Positions 1 through 10,234 are shown, counted from the first letter of the stretch. The stretch is DNA of 64,000 nucleotides from Deltaproteobacteria bacterium (GCA_040218735.1 JAVJQW010000042.1:279948-343947); one strand, 5' to 3'. Numbers and translations: made by a program. The notes: generated by a model from the sequence alone, not told the origin.

Positions 1-636
1 GCGCTCGGTGCGAAGGAGGGCGTCCACGCGGTCCGCCATCTTGTTGAACGCGTGCGCCACCTCGGCGAGCTCACGGCCTCCGGTCTCCGGCAGACGGTGT
101 GACAGATCGCCGCCCGCCATGCGCTCCATCGCGCCGACGGTGGTCCTCAGCGGACGCGTCGCGATCGTCGCGGCGTAGATTGCAACGAGGATCACGAACC
201 CCGCGATCGCCAGGAGCACCCAGCCCACGCGCTGTTGCGGCTGCTCGACGTCGAGGTCGCGACGCACCACCACCCAGCCGACGCTGGTCTCGACCGCCGC
301 CGGCGCCAGGCGTCCGCGACACACGAACAAATGACGCTCGCGGTGCGTCCGCTCTTCGCACCGCGGATGAGGACGGTCGCGCCGCGGCTTTCGACGGACG
401 AACCGCGGCGGGCGGTGTCGGACGCGGATGTCGAGGCCGAGGCGGCGCCCCAGCTCCGCGGCGTCGCCGCCCTTCTCCAGCTCGTCGGCGACGTAGGTGA
501 CTTGGTCGAGGTGGGCCTCCAGCACCTCGCGCGCGAACGGCGCGATCACCGCGCGGCGCGTGACGAACCAGGCGATGAACAGACTCGTCGCGACCGCCAA
601 CGCGAGGAGGAGCGCGAGCCGGACGCGGACGCTCAT
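1..636 (-). CDS. Sensor histidine kinase, N-terminal part (two TM segments + HAMP); runs off left edge
   Basis: Read manually: MSVRVRLALLLALAVA...RPLRTTVGAMERMAGGDLSHRLPETGGRELAEVAHAFNKMADRV (HAMP); start overlaps the stop of the response regulator (ATGA). Confidence 0.85.
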   Translation of the reverse strand, partial: MSVRVRLALLLALAVATSLFIAWFVTRRAVIAPFAREVLEAHLDQVTYVADELEKGGDAAELGRRLGLDIRVRHRPPRFVRRKPRRDRPHPRCEERTHRERHLFVCRGRLAPAAVETSVGWVVVRRDLDVEQPQQRVGWVLLAIAGFVILVAIYAATIATRPLRTTVGAMERMAGGDLSHRLPETGGRELAEVAHAFNKMADRVDALLRTER

Positions 637-1319
637 GCCGGCGCCTTCGGCATCGTGTAACCGACGCCGCGCACCGTCTTCACGTAGGTCGGGTTCTTCG
701 GATCGTCGCCGAGCTTCTTGCGGATGTGGCTGACGTGCACGTCGACGCTGCGCTCGAACGACGCGTACTCGTCGCCGCGCGCGAGCTCCATCAAACGTTC
801 GCGCGGGATGATGCGCCCCGCGTTGGCCGCGAGCGTGCGGAGGATCTCGAACTCTGTCGTGGTGAGCTCGACGTAGGTGCCGTCGAGGTGGACCTCGCGT
901 CGATCGACGTCGACGCGCAGCGCGCCGAGCTCGAGCAAACTGCTCGGCGCGGCGGAGGCGTCGGTGCGGCGGAGCACCGCCTGGATGCGCGCGAGGAGCT
1001 CGCGCGGGTTGAAGGGTTTGGGCATGTAGTCGTCGGCGCCGATCTCCAGCCCGACGATGCGGTCCATCTCGTCGCCGCGTGCGGTGAGCATGATGACGGG
1101 CGTGCGCGAGAACTTGCGGAGCTCGCGCACGACCTCGAACCCGTCGAGGCCCGGCATCATCACGTCGAGGACCACGAGATCCACCGCTTCACCGCGTAGG
1201 CGCGCGAGGCCGTCTTCGCCGTCCTCGGCGGTGACCACCGCGAAGCCCCGACCTTCGAGGTACTCGGCGACGAGCGACCGCAGCCGCTCGTCGTCGTCGA
1301 CGACGAGGATCTTCTTCAC
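633..1319 (-). CDS. OmpR/CpxR-family response regulator
   Basis: ILVVDDD, LDVMMP (phospho-Asp), GADDYMPKPF, winged helix RSVDVHVSHIRKKL...TVRGVGY. Confidence 0.95.
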   Translation of the reverse strand: MKKILVVDDDERLRSLVAEYLEGRGFAVVTAEDGEDGLARLRGEAVDLVVLDVMMPGLDGFEVVRELRKFSRTPVIMLTARGDEMDRIVGLEIGADDYMPKPFNPRELLARIQAVLRRTDASAAPSSLLELGALRVDVDRREVHLDGTYVELTTTEFEILRTLAANAGRIIPRERLMELARGDEYASFERSVDVHVSHIRKKLGDDPKNPTYVKTVRGVGYTMPKAPA

Positions 1320-1330
1320 GTCTTCGCGTC

Positions 1331-1834
1331 TTACTCCCCAATGGCGCCGCGGTCACGTCGTCCGCGTCGTTCGGCGCGGCGCTCGAGACGCTTGCCGAGC
1401 TTCTCGCGCTGTTCGGGGGTGAAGGTGGCGTGCAGCTCCAGGAACTTGTCGATCGCCGCGTGGGTCATCTTGCTCATGCGCGCGAGCATCTGGTCGGCGA
1501 TGCCGTGGAGCTTCGCAGCGTCGGGGGTGGGTTTGGCGAGCTCGGTCGCGACGGCCTTCATCTGCGCCGGGCGGTCGACCTTGCCGGCCTGCATCTCTTC
1601 CTTCATCTGGTGGCGGAGGCGGACGGCCTTCACCTCCTGCTCTTCGGTGAGGTCGAGGTGTCGGACCATGCGCATCAGGCGGAAGCCGAGGCCGGGGCCG
1701 CCGCCGGGCCCGCCGCGGCGACCCTTGTGCGGGCCGGCGAGGGCGACGCCGCCGAGCGCGAGCGCGCCGACGACGGAAGCAACGATGAGGAGGTGTTTCT
1801 TGGAGGGGGAGGGGGTGCCGTTCATGACGAACAT
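1331..1834 (-). CDS. Spy/CpxP-family periplasmic chaperone
   Basis: Signal peptide, LDLTEEQ and FTPEQ (LTxxQ-type) motifs, upstream of a two-component pair. Confidence 0.85.
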   Translation of the reverse strand: MFVMNGTPSPSKKHLLIVASVVGALALGGVALAGPHKGRRGGPGGGPGLGFRLMRMVRHLDLTEEQEVKAVRLRHQMKEEMQAGKVDRPAQMKAVATELAKPTPDAAKLHGIADQMLARMSKMTHAAIDKFLELHATFTPEQREKLGKRLERRAERRGRRDRGAIGE

Positions 1835-1881
1835 TCAACACCCAAACGCGGGCGGGAGGGGCCGAAGAAGGGCGACCGATC

Positions 1882-1896
1882 GTCAAGGTTTGTTAA
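1882..1896. promoter_or_regulatory. CpxR-like direct-repeat box GTCAA-N5-GTTAA upstream of the spy-RR-HK operon
   Basis: Resembles the CpxR consensus GTAAA-N5-GTAAA; overlaps a minus-strand TTGACG and the map stop codon. Confidence 0.5.
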
Positions 1897-2644
1897 GGGT
1901 CAGGATCTCCGCGCCGTCCGGTCCGACGTAGACCGTGTGCTCGGCCTGCGCCGACAGGCTCCCGTCGTCGGTGACGACCGTCCAGTCGTCGCCGAGGACG
2001 CGGACGTCCGCGCCGCCGAGGTTCACCATGGGTTCGATCGTGAAGACCATGCCTTCGCGCAACCGCAACCCGCGGCCCGCCTTGCCGTGATGCGGGACGT
2101 GCGGCGCCTCGTGCATGGTGCGGCCGATGCCGTGCCCGCCGTAGTCGCGGACCACGCTGCACCCCTCGCGCTCGACGAACGCCTGGATGGCGGCGCCGAT
2201 GTCACCGAGCCGCGCGCCCGGGCGCACCTGCGCGATGCCGATCATGAGCGCCTCCTTCGCCACGCGGACCACGTGTTCGGCGTCCGGCGAGGGGGTCCCG
2301 ACGAAGAACATGGTCGAGGTGTCTCCGCAGTAGCCGTCGAGCTCGGTGGTGCAGTCGATGTTGATGATGTCGCCGTCCTCGAGGACGACGTCGGGGGAGG
2401 GGATGCCGTGGCAGACGACGTGGTTCACGCTCGTGCAAACGGCTGCGGGGAACCCGTGGTAGCCGAGCTGCGTGGGGCGCCCGCCCCGCGCGGCGGTGTC
2501 CTTGCGGACGAGGGTGTCGATCTGCGCCGTGGTGAGGCCGGGGCGCACCGCGGCGCCCGCCGCGTAGAGCGTCGAGGCTGCGGCGCGGCCGGCGGCGCGC
2601 AGGCGGCGTCGGGCGTCTTCGGTGTTGTGCAGCTCGATCGCCAC
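1883..2644 (-). CDS. map: Type I methionine aminopeptidase
   Basis: [51 protein letters not shown]; start set at GTG 2644 because the longer ORF overlaps the divergent LysR gene. Confidence 0.95.
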   Translation of the reverse strand: MAIELHNTEDARRRLRAAGRAAASTLYAAGAAVRPGLTTAQIDTLVRKDTAARGGRPTQLGYHGFPAAVCTSVNHVVCHGIPSPDVVLEDGDIINIDCTTELDGYCGDTSTMFFVGTPSPDAEHVVRVAKEALMIGIAQVRPGARLGDIGAAIQAFVEREGCSVVRDYGGHGIGRTMHEAPHVPHHGKAGRGLRLREGMVFTIEPMVNLGGADVRVLGDDWTVVTDDGSLSAQAEHTVYVGPDGAEILTLNKP

Positions 2645-2679
2645 GGGAGCAGGTTCGGCGGGCGGGCGGATGGGGTCCA

Positions 2680-2694
2680 ATACCGATGCGGTAT
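2680..2694. promoter_or_regulatory. LysR recognition site ATAC-N7-GTAT
   Basis: ATACCGATGCGGTAT is an exact BenM/CatM-type T-N11-A dyad between divergent map and the LysR gene. Confidence 0.7.
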
Positions 2695-2711
2695 CGTGTA
2701 GCTTGGAGCGC

Positions 2712-3026
2712 GTGAGCCTCGACCAGATTCGGTACTTCGTCGCCGTCGCCGAGGAGCAGAACCTCACCCGCGCCGCCGCGCGGCTTCACATCAGCCAGCC
2801 CCCGCTCACGCGACAGATTCGCGCGCTCGAAGACGAGCTCGGATCGAATCTATTCGAGCGAACGCCCCGCGGGATGTCGTTGCTCCCCGCCGGACGGAAG
2901 TTTCTCGGACACGCACGACTCATCCTCGACGAAGTCGAGCGCGCGCGTGCCTCGGTCGGATCACTCCGTGGGGAGGACGTCGTAGAGGCGGGCGTGGATC
3001 TCGAACCGCGAGACGTCGGCGCCTAG
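2712..3026 (+). CDS. LysR-family HTH-only regulator (no substrate-binding domain)
   Basis: [47 protein letters not shown]; about 104 aa, 3' end overlaps the convergent gene. Confidence 0.8.
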   Translation: MSLDQIRYFVAVAEEQNLTRAAARLHISQPPLTRQIRALEDELGSNLFERTPRGMSLLPAGRKFLGHARLILDEVERARASVGSLRGEDVVEAGVDLEPRDVGA

Positions 3027-3674
3027 GGCGGCGATCGCAGCGCGGGTCGCGTCGATGTCTTCGACGCCGGTCAGGACGAGCCGGTACTTCGGCGCGATGT
3101 CACTCTTCGTGTACCCCGCGATCGTCCGGAAGAAGACGTCGTTCGGGGCCTGAGCGGTCGACAGATCCAGGATGGCCTTCGAGGCCCCCGCCGCGGCGCA
3201 CTCCGCGAACAGGCGGCCCGCGATCGCGTCGATGGTGTCGGCGAGCATCGGGCCGACGATCCAACCCACGACGGCGCCCGGCACTCGGAGCACCGGCGTC
3301 GACGTTCGCAGCATCTTGTTCTGGCGCGTCTCGAGGCGCTCGGTCGTCCCGAGCGCGTGGGCGTCGGCGATGATCTTCACGAGCTCGCGGACCCGCCCCG
3401 CGAAGCGGTGGTCGGGACCGAGCACGTCAGCGAGGAGCAGCGGCTGGAGGATCGCCGCGGACGCCGGCCGCCCCTCCTGTCCGAGGCGTCGGCCGTGCAT
3501 GGCGCAGAGGCGGTACAGGTCACCCTCGGCGCTGCTGTCACCTTCGGTCGCGCGCTCCAGCAGCTCCAGCCACCCGGCGAACTCCGAAGCCACGGCTTCG
3601 GCGCCGGCCATCGTGACCCGAGCGGCCGCGAGCCGCTCCAGCCAGGCGGTGAGGGTGAGGTCGTCCGTTGCCAA
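2961..3674 (-). CDS. RsbR-like protein with divergent C-terminal STAS domain
   Basis: STPVLRV...IVGPM...AILDLS resembles the RsbR STAS start; helical N-terminal region; start uncertain (TTG 3674). Confidence 0.5.
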   Translation of the reverse strand: MATDDLTLTAWLERLAAARVTMAGAEAVASEFAGWLELLERATEGDSSAEGDLYRLCAMHGRRLGQEGRPASAAILQPLLLADVLGPDHRFAGRVRELVKIIADAHALGTTERLETRQNKMLRTSTPVLRVPGAVVGWIVGPMLADTIDAIAGRLFAECAAAGASKAILDLSTAQAPNDVFFRTIAGYTKSDIAPKYRLVLTGVEDIDATRAAIAALGADVSRFEIHARLYDVLPTE

Positions 3675-3756
3675 CCCGAATACCCTGGCACGCACGACGC
3701 GCGGTTCCAAGCGGACTTGACCGGCGGCGGCCCCTGCGGCGACTTCACCGGGCGCC

Positions 3757-4716
3757 ATGGGACTCGACTTCGTCTACGTGATGGACCCGATCGAGCGCAT
3801 CGACATCGATGCGGACTCGACCTTCGTGCTGATGCTCGAAGCGCAAAAACGCGGGCACCGCGTGCTGTACGGGCAGATGAACCAGCTCGCGCTGAGGGGC
3901 GGGGATCCGGTCATGTCGGTGCAGCCGGCCACGCTGCAGCGCAAGCGCGGGGACCACGTGGCGCTGGGCGAGCGGGAGACGGTGCGCCTCTCGCAGTGCG
4001 ACGCGGTGTTCATGCGGAAGGACCCGCCGTTCGACGTGGACTTCCTCCTCGCGACGCTCCTCCTGGATCGGGTCGACCACGATCGCGTGGTGATGGTGAA
4101 CCGGCCGCAGACGCTACGGGACTTCAACGAGAAGCTCGCGGCGCTCTACTGGCCCGAGCTGATGCCGCCCACGATGATCAGCGCCGACCGCGCCGAGATC
4201 CGCGCCTTCATCGCCGAGCACGGGCGCGCCGTGGTGAAGCCGCTCTCCGGAGCGGGCGGGGCGGGGGTCCTGCTGCTCGAACACGGAGACCGGAACATCG
4301 GTTCGGTGCTCGACCTGTTGACCGTGGAGGGCCGGCGCCTGATCGAGGTCCAAGGGTTCATCGAGGCGGTGCAGGAGGGGGACAAGCGCGTCATCCTGCT
4401 GGAGGGCGAGCCGATCGGCGCCGTGAACCGAGTCCCGCAGAAGGGTGACCTCCGGGCGAACATGCACGTCGGCGGGTCGGCTCAGCCGACCGAATTGACG
4501 GATCGGGACCGAGAAATCGCTGCGGCGCTCGCGCCGGAAATGAAAAAGCGCGGGCTGGTGTTCGTCGGCATAGACGTCATCGGTGGGTATCTCACCGAGG
4601 TGAATGTCACGAGCCCGACGGGTCTCCAGGAGATCGATCGCTTCGATGGCGTGTGCCTCGAGGGTCAGATCATCGATTGGGTCGAGGCCAGGCACGCGGA
4701 GCTTCGCAAGGCCTAG
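3757..4716 (+). CDS. gshB: Glutathione synthetase
   Basis: VMDPIE..DSTF, FMRKDPPFD, NEKL, GDKRV, RANMHVGG, GIDVIGGYLTEVNVTSPTG. Confidence 0.97.
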   Translation: MGLDFVYVMDPIERIDIDADSTFVLMLEAQKRGHRVLYGQMNQLALRGGDPVMSVQPATLQRKRGDHVALGERETVRLSQCDAVFMRKDPPFDVDFLLATLLLDRVDHDRVVMVNRPQTLRDFNEKLAALYWPELMPPTMISADRAEIRAFIAEHGRAVVKPLSGAGGAGVLLLEHGDRNIGSVLDLLTVEGRRLIEVQGFIEAVQEGDKRVILLEGEPIGAVNRVPQKGDLRANMHVGGSAQPTELTDRDREIAAALAPEMKKRGLVFVGIDVIGGYLTEVNVTSPTGLQEIDRFDGVCLEGQIIDWVEARHAELRKA

Positions 4717-4780
4717 ACGCTTCGAACCACGTTCCTGACTCGCCGGGCGACGAACTCATTGTCGCTTAGGAGGAGTCCCC

Positions 4781-6241
4781 ATGGAACGTATCGACCACAG
4801 GGTACCCGGCTTCGCGCTCGTCGCCGTCGTACTCACCACCCTGTTCTCTTGCGGATCCGCGTTCGAGGCCGAGCGCGCAGAAGCGGTGCCGGAGCTGCAG
4901 TCCGCCGTCACCCCCGCCGTGGGCGGCGGGACGCAGGGCCTCACGGCGATCGCGGACGTGTCCGAGCGCGCGGTCCGCAGCGTGGTCAACATCTCGACCA
5001 CGAAGAAGGCCTCGGCGCCGCGCGCGAGCCCGTACTCCCAGGACCCGTTCTTCCAGCACTTCTTCCGTCAGCACCCGCGTCGCCAGATGCCGCAGGAGCG
5101 CCTCGAGCGCAGCCGTGGCTCGGGGGTGATCGTGCAGGCCGACGGCGTCGTGCTCACCAACAACCACGTGGTCGATGGCGCCGACGAGGTCGTCGTGACG
5201 CTGCACGACGGCCGTGAGGTCGAGGCGGAGATCGCGGGGACGGACCCGGCGAGCGACCTGGCGGTGCTTCGGCTGAAGGACGCGCCCAACGATCTGCAGG
5301 CGCTGGGTTTCGGTGACTCGGACGCGCTGCGGCTCGGTGAGGTGGTGGTTGCGATCGGCAACCCGTTCGGCGTGGGTCAGACGGTGACGATGGGGATCGT
5401 TTCGGCGAAGGGTCGAGCGAATGTCGGAATCGTCGATTACGAAGATTTCATTCAGACCGACGCTGCGATCAATCCCGGAAACTCGGGCGGAGCTCTGCTG
5501 AATCTGAAGGGTGAGTTGGTGGGTATCAACACCGCCATTCTCAGCCGTAGCGGTGGGTACCAGGGCATTGGTTTTGCCGTGCCGTCGACGATGGCGCAGT
5601 CCATCATGTCCGACCTGCTCGACGACGGTAAGGTCGTGCGCGGGTTCCTCGGGGTGATGATTCAGGATCTCACGCCGGCTTTGGCGCGAGCGATGAAGGT
5701 CGAGGGCACGGCGGGGGTGTTGATCTCCGATGTCGTCGACGGCTCGCCGGCCGATCGCGCGGGGCTCGAGCCCGGCGACGTGGTCGAGAAGATCGACGGC
5801 CGGCCGGTGCAGTCGGCGGCGAAGCTGCGGAACCTCGTCGCGTCGGTCGGCGCGGGGCGCACGGTGGCGATCGAGCTCAAACGGAACGGCGACGCGAAGA
5901 AGATCGACGTCGAGCTCGAGGAGAAGGCGGGCGGACAGCGCGCCTCGGCGCGAGGTGGCGACGCCTCGGACGGTATCGCGGTCGAGCCGCTCTCCGACAT
6001 GCTGCGCTCCCGGTACGAGATCGACCGGCGCGTCGAGGAAGGCGTCGTCGTGACCGCCGTGAAGCCGGGGAGCTGGGCCGCCCGCGCCGGACTCCGCCCG
6101 GGCGACGTGATCCTCGGGATCGACCAGTCCCGGATCGAGGATCCGCAGGACCTCGCGGATGCGCTGAAGGAGGCTAAGGACGAGTTCCTAGTACGCGTGC
6201 ATCGCCGTGGCGGCTCGCTGTTCGTCGTCGCGAAAAAGTAG
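4781..6241 (+). CDS. degQ: DegP/DegQ (HtrA) serine protease with two PDZ domains
   Basis: GSGVI..TNNHVV, SDLAV, QTDAAINPGNSGG catalytic triad motifs; two PDZ repeats. Confidence 0.93.
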   Translation: MERIDHRVPGFALVAVVLTTLFSCGSAFEAERAEAVPELQSAVTPAVGGGTQGLTAIADVSERAVRSVVNISTTKKASAPRASPYSQDPFFQHFFRQHPRRQMPQERLERSRGSGVIVQADGVVLTNNHVVDGADEVVVTLHDGREVEAEIAGTDPASDLAVLRLKDAPNDLQALGFGDSDALRLGEVVVAIGNPFGVGQTVTMGIVSAKGRANVGIVDYEDFIQTDAAINPGNSGGALLNLKGELVGINTAILSRSGGYQGIGFAVPSTMAQSIMSDLLDDGKVVRGFLGVMIQDLTPALARAMKVEGTAGVLISDVVDGSPADRAGLEPGDVVEKIDGRPVQSAAKLRNLVASVGAGRTVAIELKRNGDAKKIDVELEEKAGGQRASARGGDASDGIAVEPLSDMLRSRYEIDRRVEEGVVVTAVKPGSWAARAGLRPGDVILGIDQSRIEDPQDLADALKEAKDEFLVRVHRRGGSLFVVAKK

Positions 6242-6255
6242 GCTGCGACGCGCTT

Positions 6256-6275
6256 GACGCGGGCGGAGCCGCGTC
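6256..6275 (+). terminator. GC hairpin after degQ
   Basis: GACGCGG-gcggag-CCGCGTC inverted repeat; no strong U-tract. Confidence 0.4.
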
Positions 6276-6457
6276 TACCCGATCGAGCGAACATCACGTG
6301 CGGGTGGAGAGTCGCCATGGTGGGACACGGTGCAACCGAGGCCGCGCGTGCCGCGGTCCCCGACATTTCCACGACGACTCGCGCCGACCCTCCGTCGCTG
6401 TCTCACCGAGCTGGAGGGGCGTGTGCGAGCGACGCACAAACCGAAGGAGGAGAGTCC

Positions 6458-7417
6458 ATGTCCAGTTTGAATACTTCACTCGCCCGCTCGACCGGGCGCC
6501 CTCGTACGCCGTTCGTCCCGGCGCGGGTCGAGACTCGGATGCGTCTCGACCCGCTCGCGATCCCCATGACGCTGCCCCTCGAGAGCACACTCGATCTTCT
6601 GTTCGAAGAAGAGGCCGACTGGGCGCTCGTCGTGAACGAGACCGAGGAGCTCGTGGGCGTCGTTGCCAGGTCGCAGGTGGAGGATGCGCTGGGGCGCGAG
6701 CCCGACGTGACGGAAGAGCTCGATGGCTACTTCGTCGAGTCGGTGTTCGTCGCCGCTGATGTGATGCAACCCTACGTTCGTGTGCTGCGGCCGTGGATGA
6801 CGGCATCCGAGGCGCTCGCCCTGATGGAGGCGGAGGGGCTGGAGTTCGCACCCGTCGTCATCGAGGGTGACACTCGGGCCGCAGGAGCGGTGCACCGCTC
6901 AGACTTGGAGGACATCGTCGCGGCGTCCTCGGCCACGTGGCGATCCGAACCCCATGGGACCTACCGGGACGGCTTCGGGATCGTGGACGAAGGCATCGCG
7001 GATGACCGGCGCGATCTCGTCCGCCGGGCGTCGAGGATCGCGGACGCTTGGCTCGGAGCGACGGCGGTGGCGGCCGATGCGCCGGGAGCCGTGACATTCG
7101 CGGCCGTGATGCTCCCGGTACTTTCTGAGTTGTACGACAAGCTCGTCGAGCACTACTCGGATCTTCAGGAGCATGCGCTCGAGGAGATCGAGGAGGCGAG
7201 CCCGTCGCTGTCGGCGAGGATCGACGACCTGCGGCGTCGCCAGGGCGATGCGCTCGCGCATCTGTCTGGGCTCATGGGGGCGATTCGGCGGGAGCGACGC
7301 CCGAGGCAGGATCGCCTGCAGTCGATCCAGGCGCACCTCGAGGTGATCGACCGGATCGAGACGGACGAGAACGAGCTGTTCTACGTCGCGCACTACGTCG
7401 ACGTTGGCGAGGTTTAG
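6458..7417 (+). CDS. CBS-pair protein with C-terminal hemerythrin-like helical domain
   Basis: RBS GGAGG then ATG 6458; LVVNETEELVGVVA and AADVM...APVV (CBS); C-terminal L..H...E...P...L..R...E..L....DVG pattern. Confidence 0.6.
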   Translation: MSSLNTSLARSTGRPRTPFVPARVETRMRLDPLAIPMTLPLESTLDLLFEEEADWALVVNETEELVGVVARSQVEDALGREPDVTEELDGYFVESVFVAADVMQPYVRVLRPWMTASEALALMEAEGLEFAPVVIEGDTRAAGAVHRSDLEDIVAASSATWRSEPHGTYRDGFGIVDEGIADDRRDLVRRASRIADAWLGATAVAADAPGAVTFAAVMLPVLSELYDKLVEHYSDLQEHALEEIEEASPSLSARIDDLRRRQGDALAHLSGLMGAIRRERRPRQDRLQSIQAHLEVIDRIETDENELFYVAHYVDVGEV

Positions 7418-7433
7418 TGCTCAACTCCGCCGG

Positions 7434-7961
7434 ATGAAGCTCCTCAAGAAGCTCCTCCTCGCCATCGTGGTCCTCGTGCTGTTGCTCGTGGGGAGCGCGT
7501 TCCTGCTCCCTGCGAAGTACGGGGTGGAGCGCAGCGTAGAGATCGCGGCGTCGCCCGAGAAGGTGTTCGACCACGTGAACCACCTCCAGAAGAACGAGGC
7601 GTGGTCGCCCTGGGCCGCCGCCGACCCGTCGATCAAGACGACGTACTCCAGCTCCGTCGCGAAGGGCGTCGGCGCTTGGTACTCGTGGACGAGCGAGAAC
7701 TCGGGCGACGGCAAACTCACCATCGAGGTGAGCGAGCCGCCGAAGCGCATCGTGAACGAGCTCGACTTCATGGAGAACGGGAAAGGCAAGGGCTACTGGA
7801 CCTTCGAGGCCACCAAGGCGGGCACGATCGCGACGTGGCGCATGGAGGGCGACGCCGGTAACGACCCGGTGGGCCGCTGGTTCGGCTTCTTCATCGATGG
7901 GTTCGTGGGTCCGATGTTCGAGGACGGCCTCGCGCGCCTGAAGAAGGTCAGCGAGAGTTAG
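7434..7961 (+). CDS. SRPBCC/polyketide cyclase family protein
   Basis: N-terminal TM, VERSVEIAASPEKVF, WSPW, FEDGLARLK. Confidence 0.85.
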   Translation: MKLLKKLLLAIVVLVLLLVGSAFLLPAKYGVERSVEIAASPEKVFDHVNHLQKNEAWSPWAAADPSIKTTYSSSVAKGVGAWYSWTSENSGDGKLTIEVSEPPKRIVNELDFMENGKGKGYWTFEATKAGTIATWRMEGDAGNDPVGRWFGFFIDGFVGPMFEDGLARLKKVSES

Positions 7962-8530
7962 TCACCAGGGGATCGTGGCGCCGTCCCAGGCGACGAAGCG
8001 TCCGTTGTCCTTGGGACCGACGCGGTCGACGATGTTCAGGAACTGCCGCGCGGCACGTTCTACTGAAAAGAGGCTTTCGACGCGCGGTAGGCGTACCAGC
8101 CGCCGAGGCGGTCATCGGTGATGCTGCCGACGCGCGCGGAGACGTTGGCGAGGACCGCGCGTTCGTCGTGTTGGAGGAAACGCGCGAAGTGTTTGGCGAC
8201 GAGCAGGGGGCCCGAGGCGTTCACCGCGAACGCGCGCGCGAGGTTCTCGGGGGCGACCTCCGTGAGGCGGCGCTCGGGGCCGAAGCCGTCGCCGTGCAGG
8301 ACGCCGGCGACGTTCATCAGGAGGTGCAGGCGCTCGGTGTGTTGGGCGACGGCCGCGGCGGCGGCTTCGATCGAGGCCTCGTCGGTGACGTCGAGCGGGA
8401 TCGTGGGGACGTCGAGGTCGACACCCGCGGGGTCGCGGCAGGTTGCGATGACCTGAACGCCGCGCGCGTGGAGCTGGCGTACGAGCTCGCGGCCGAGGCC
8501 GCGGCTCGCGCCTTGGATGAGCGCCCACAT
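7962..8530 (-). pseudogene. CsgA-like short-chain dehydrogenase with internal deletion and frameshift
   Basis: GASRGLG, NVAG, SARVGSI, YRASKA then stop at 8060; the normal C-terminus LFSVERAARQF...GRFVAWDGATIPW continues in another frame; the LHPGTVDT segment is absent. Confidence 0.8.
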
Positions 8531-8559
8531 CGCGGACCCGAACAAAGCAGGGGCGCGGA

Positions 8560-9348
8560 TCACTCCGGGAGAATCGTGAGCTTCAGCTCGACGAAGCGGT
8601 CGTCGCGCCGGAGGAGGACGTCGAAGTGGTTCGTCGCGTCGTCGCGCCACTTCTTCTGGAGGTGTGCGTAGGACGCGAGCGCCTGGTCTACGTTGGGGAT
8701 GGGGAGGTCGTCGATGCAGACGATGATGTCGCCGTGTTCGAGCCCTGCGCGTTCGTACGCGCTGTCCGGTCGAAAGCCGAGGATCTTGAACCCGATGGGT
8801 CGCTGGTCCTCGAACGCGGGGACGATTCGGGTCCGACACGCGACGCCGTGCACCGACGACGTCGGCATTCGGCGCATCGTTCGGGAGAGCGTCGCCGACC
8901 CTCGGTACGGACACGCGGGCAGGACGAGCACGTTGAGTTTCAGGTCGACGTAACACCCGCGTCTCCGCACGAGCATCTCCAACCGATTCGGTCCGCCCTT
9001 GCGCCAGCGCCTCGTCGTGCGGTGCCAGGTTCGTTGGGCGCTGTCGACGTCGCCGACCTTCTCTCCGTCGATGCTGATCAGGATGTCGCCGTTCTCGAAC
9101 CCATAGCGCGCCGGGAGAGACTCGGGGGGGAGGTCGATGAGTTTGAGGCCCACCGCGTGGCCGCGTTCGTACACCGGCGCGAGGGTGTGGGCCCACCACG
9201 GCGCGTCTTCGATGCTCGCGTGCCGGACCGTGAGGTCGATCGTCGTCGCCACGCCGGGCGACGTTGCGCAGTACGGCGGAGGTGGCTCGGGTGTGGTGGG
9301 CTCGAAGAGGGCGAGCACGGGGGTGAGCAGGAGCTCCCAGGCGATCAT
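8560..9348 (-). CDS. Tandem GspC-type PDZ-domain protein
   Basis: Two repeats: LAPVYE..VGLKL..GFENGDILISIDG and IVPAFE..IGFKI..GLEHGDIIVCID. Confidence 0.65.
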   Translation of the reverse strand: MIAWELLLTPVLALFEPTTPEPPPPYCATSPGVATTIDLTVRHASIEDAPWWAHTLAPVYERGHAVGLKLIDLPPESLPARYGFENGDILISIDGEKVGDVDSAQRTWHRTTRRWRKGGPNRLEMLVRRRGCYVDLKLNVLVLPACPYRGSATLSRTMRRMPTSSVHGVACRTRIVPAFEDQRPIGFKILGFRPDSAYERAGLEHGDIIVCIDDLPIPNVDQALASYAHLQKKWRDDATNHFDVLLRRDDRFVELKLTILPE

Positions 9349-9450
9349 GCCGTCTGCGCATCGCAAGGCACGTGCCGCGCGTGCTTTCGCATCGATCGAC
9401 GCGGCGCCGCGACACGCTGTCACGAACGCGTCGTATCGGCTGCCATCGCG

Positions 9451-10206
9451 TCAGACGGGTCGCGCCAGGTACACCGTCGTGTCGTAGACGATCGTCACGC
9501 GTCCGTCGTCTGCGTGGGCGTCGAACAGCGCATCGATCCCCGCCTGCATCGACTTGTACTTCGGGTGGTCCGCCTTCGGGATGTACGAGCAGGACTGGAT
9601 GCGTTGCCGCAGGCCGTCGCGGTCGAGGTGCTGAAGGTTCTCGAACAGCGCGGGCTCGGGCGGCGGTGCGCCGAAGACCGTCGTCATCGCGTCGGGGGAT
9701 TGGTAGCTGGCCTTCACCGCGAGGTAGTCGATGCCCCACGCCACGAGGAAGGCCTCGTACGCGCGGAGGAACGCGGTGTCCTCCAGGCGGCGTTCGTTCC
9801 AGAACAGCGCGACGTGTCCGCCGGGGCGGAGGATGCGTCTCACTTCCTTCGCGAAGCCGTCCGCGTCGAACCAGTGGAACGCCTGCGCCGCCGCGACGAG
9901 GGACGCGGATGCGTCGTCGAGGGTCGTCGCCTCGGCGCGCGCCTCCACGATCCGAGCGCGGTCACCGAAACGCTCGCGTGCGAGCGCGACCATCGCGGCG
10001 TTGGGTTCGACGAGCGTCGTCGGGTGCCCCGACTCCACGAACCGGATCGTCGACAGGCCGGTCCCCGCGCCGACGTCGACCACCGGGTCTACGACCGCGA
10101 GCCCGGCCTTGGAGATCACGTGGTCGATCGCCGCGTCCGGGTAGCGAGGACGCGCGCGGTCGTAGTCGTCGGCGCGGTCGGAGAAGCGGGTGGTGACGTC
10201 GGCCAT
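9451..10206 (-). CDS. Class I SAM-dependent methyltransferase
   Basis: RFSDRADDYDRARPRYP, VDVGAGTG, AAQAFHWFD, RILRPGG. Confidence 0.93.
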   Translation of the reverse strand: MADVTTRFSDRADDYDRARPRYPDAAIDHVISKAGLAVVDPVVDVGAGTGLSTIRFVESGHPTTLVEPNAAMVALARERFGDRARIVEARAEATTLDDASASLVAAAQAFHWFDADGFAKEVRRILRPGGHVALFWNERRLEDTAFLRAYEAFLVAWGIDYLAVKASYQSPDAMTTVFGAPPPEPALFENLQHLDRDGLRQRIQSCSYIPKADHPKYKSMQAGIDALFDAHADDGRVTIVYDTTVYLARPV

Positions 10207-10234
10207 GGCGGCGGCGACTCTAACCACGGGAGCT

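Noticed and set aside
8060-9739. 559-aa ORF appearing to be a long SDR fusion
   Set aside because: The upstream part is an Arg/Pro-rich shadow frame of the PDZ and methyltransferase genes; the real SDR starts at 8530.
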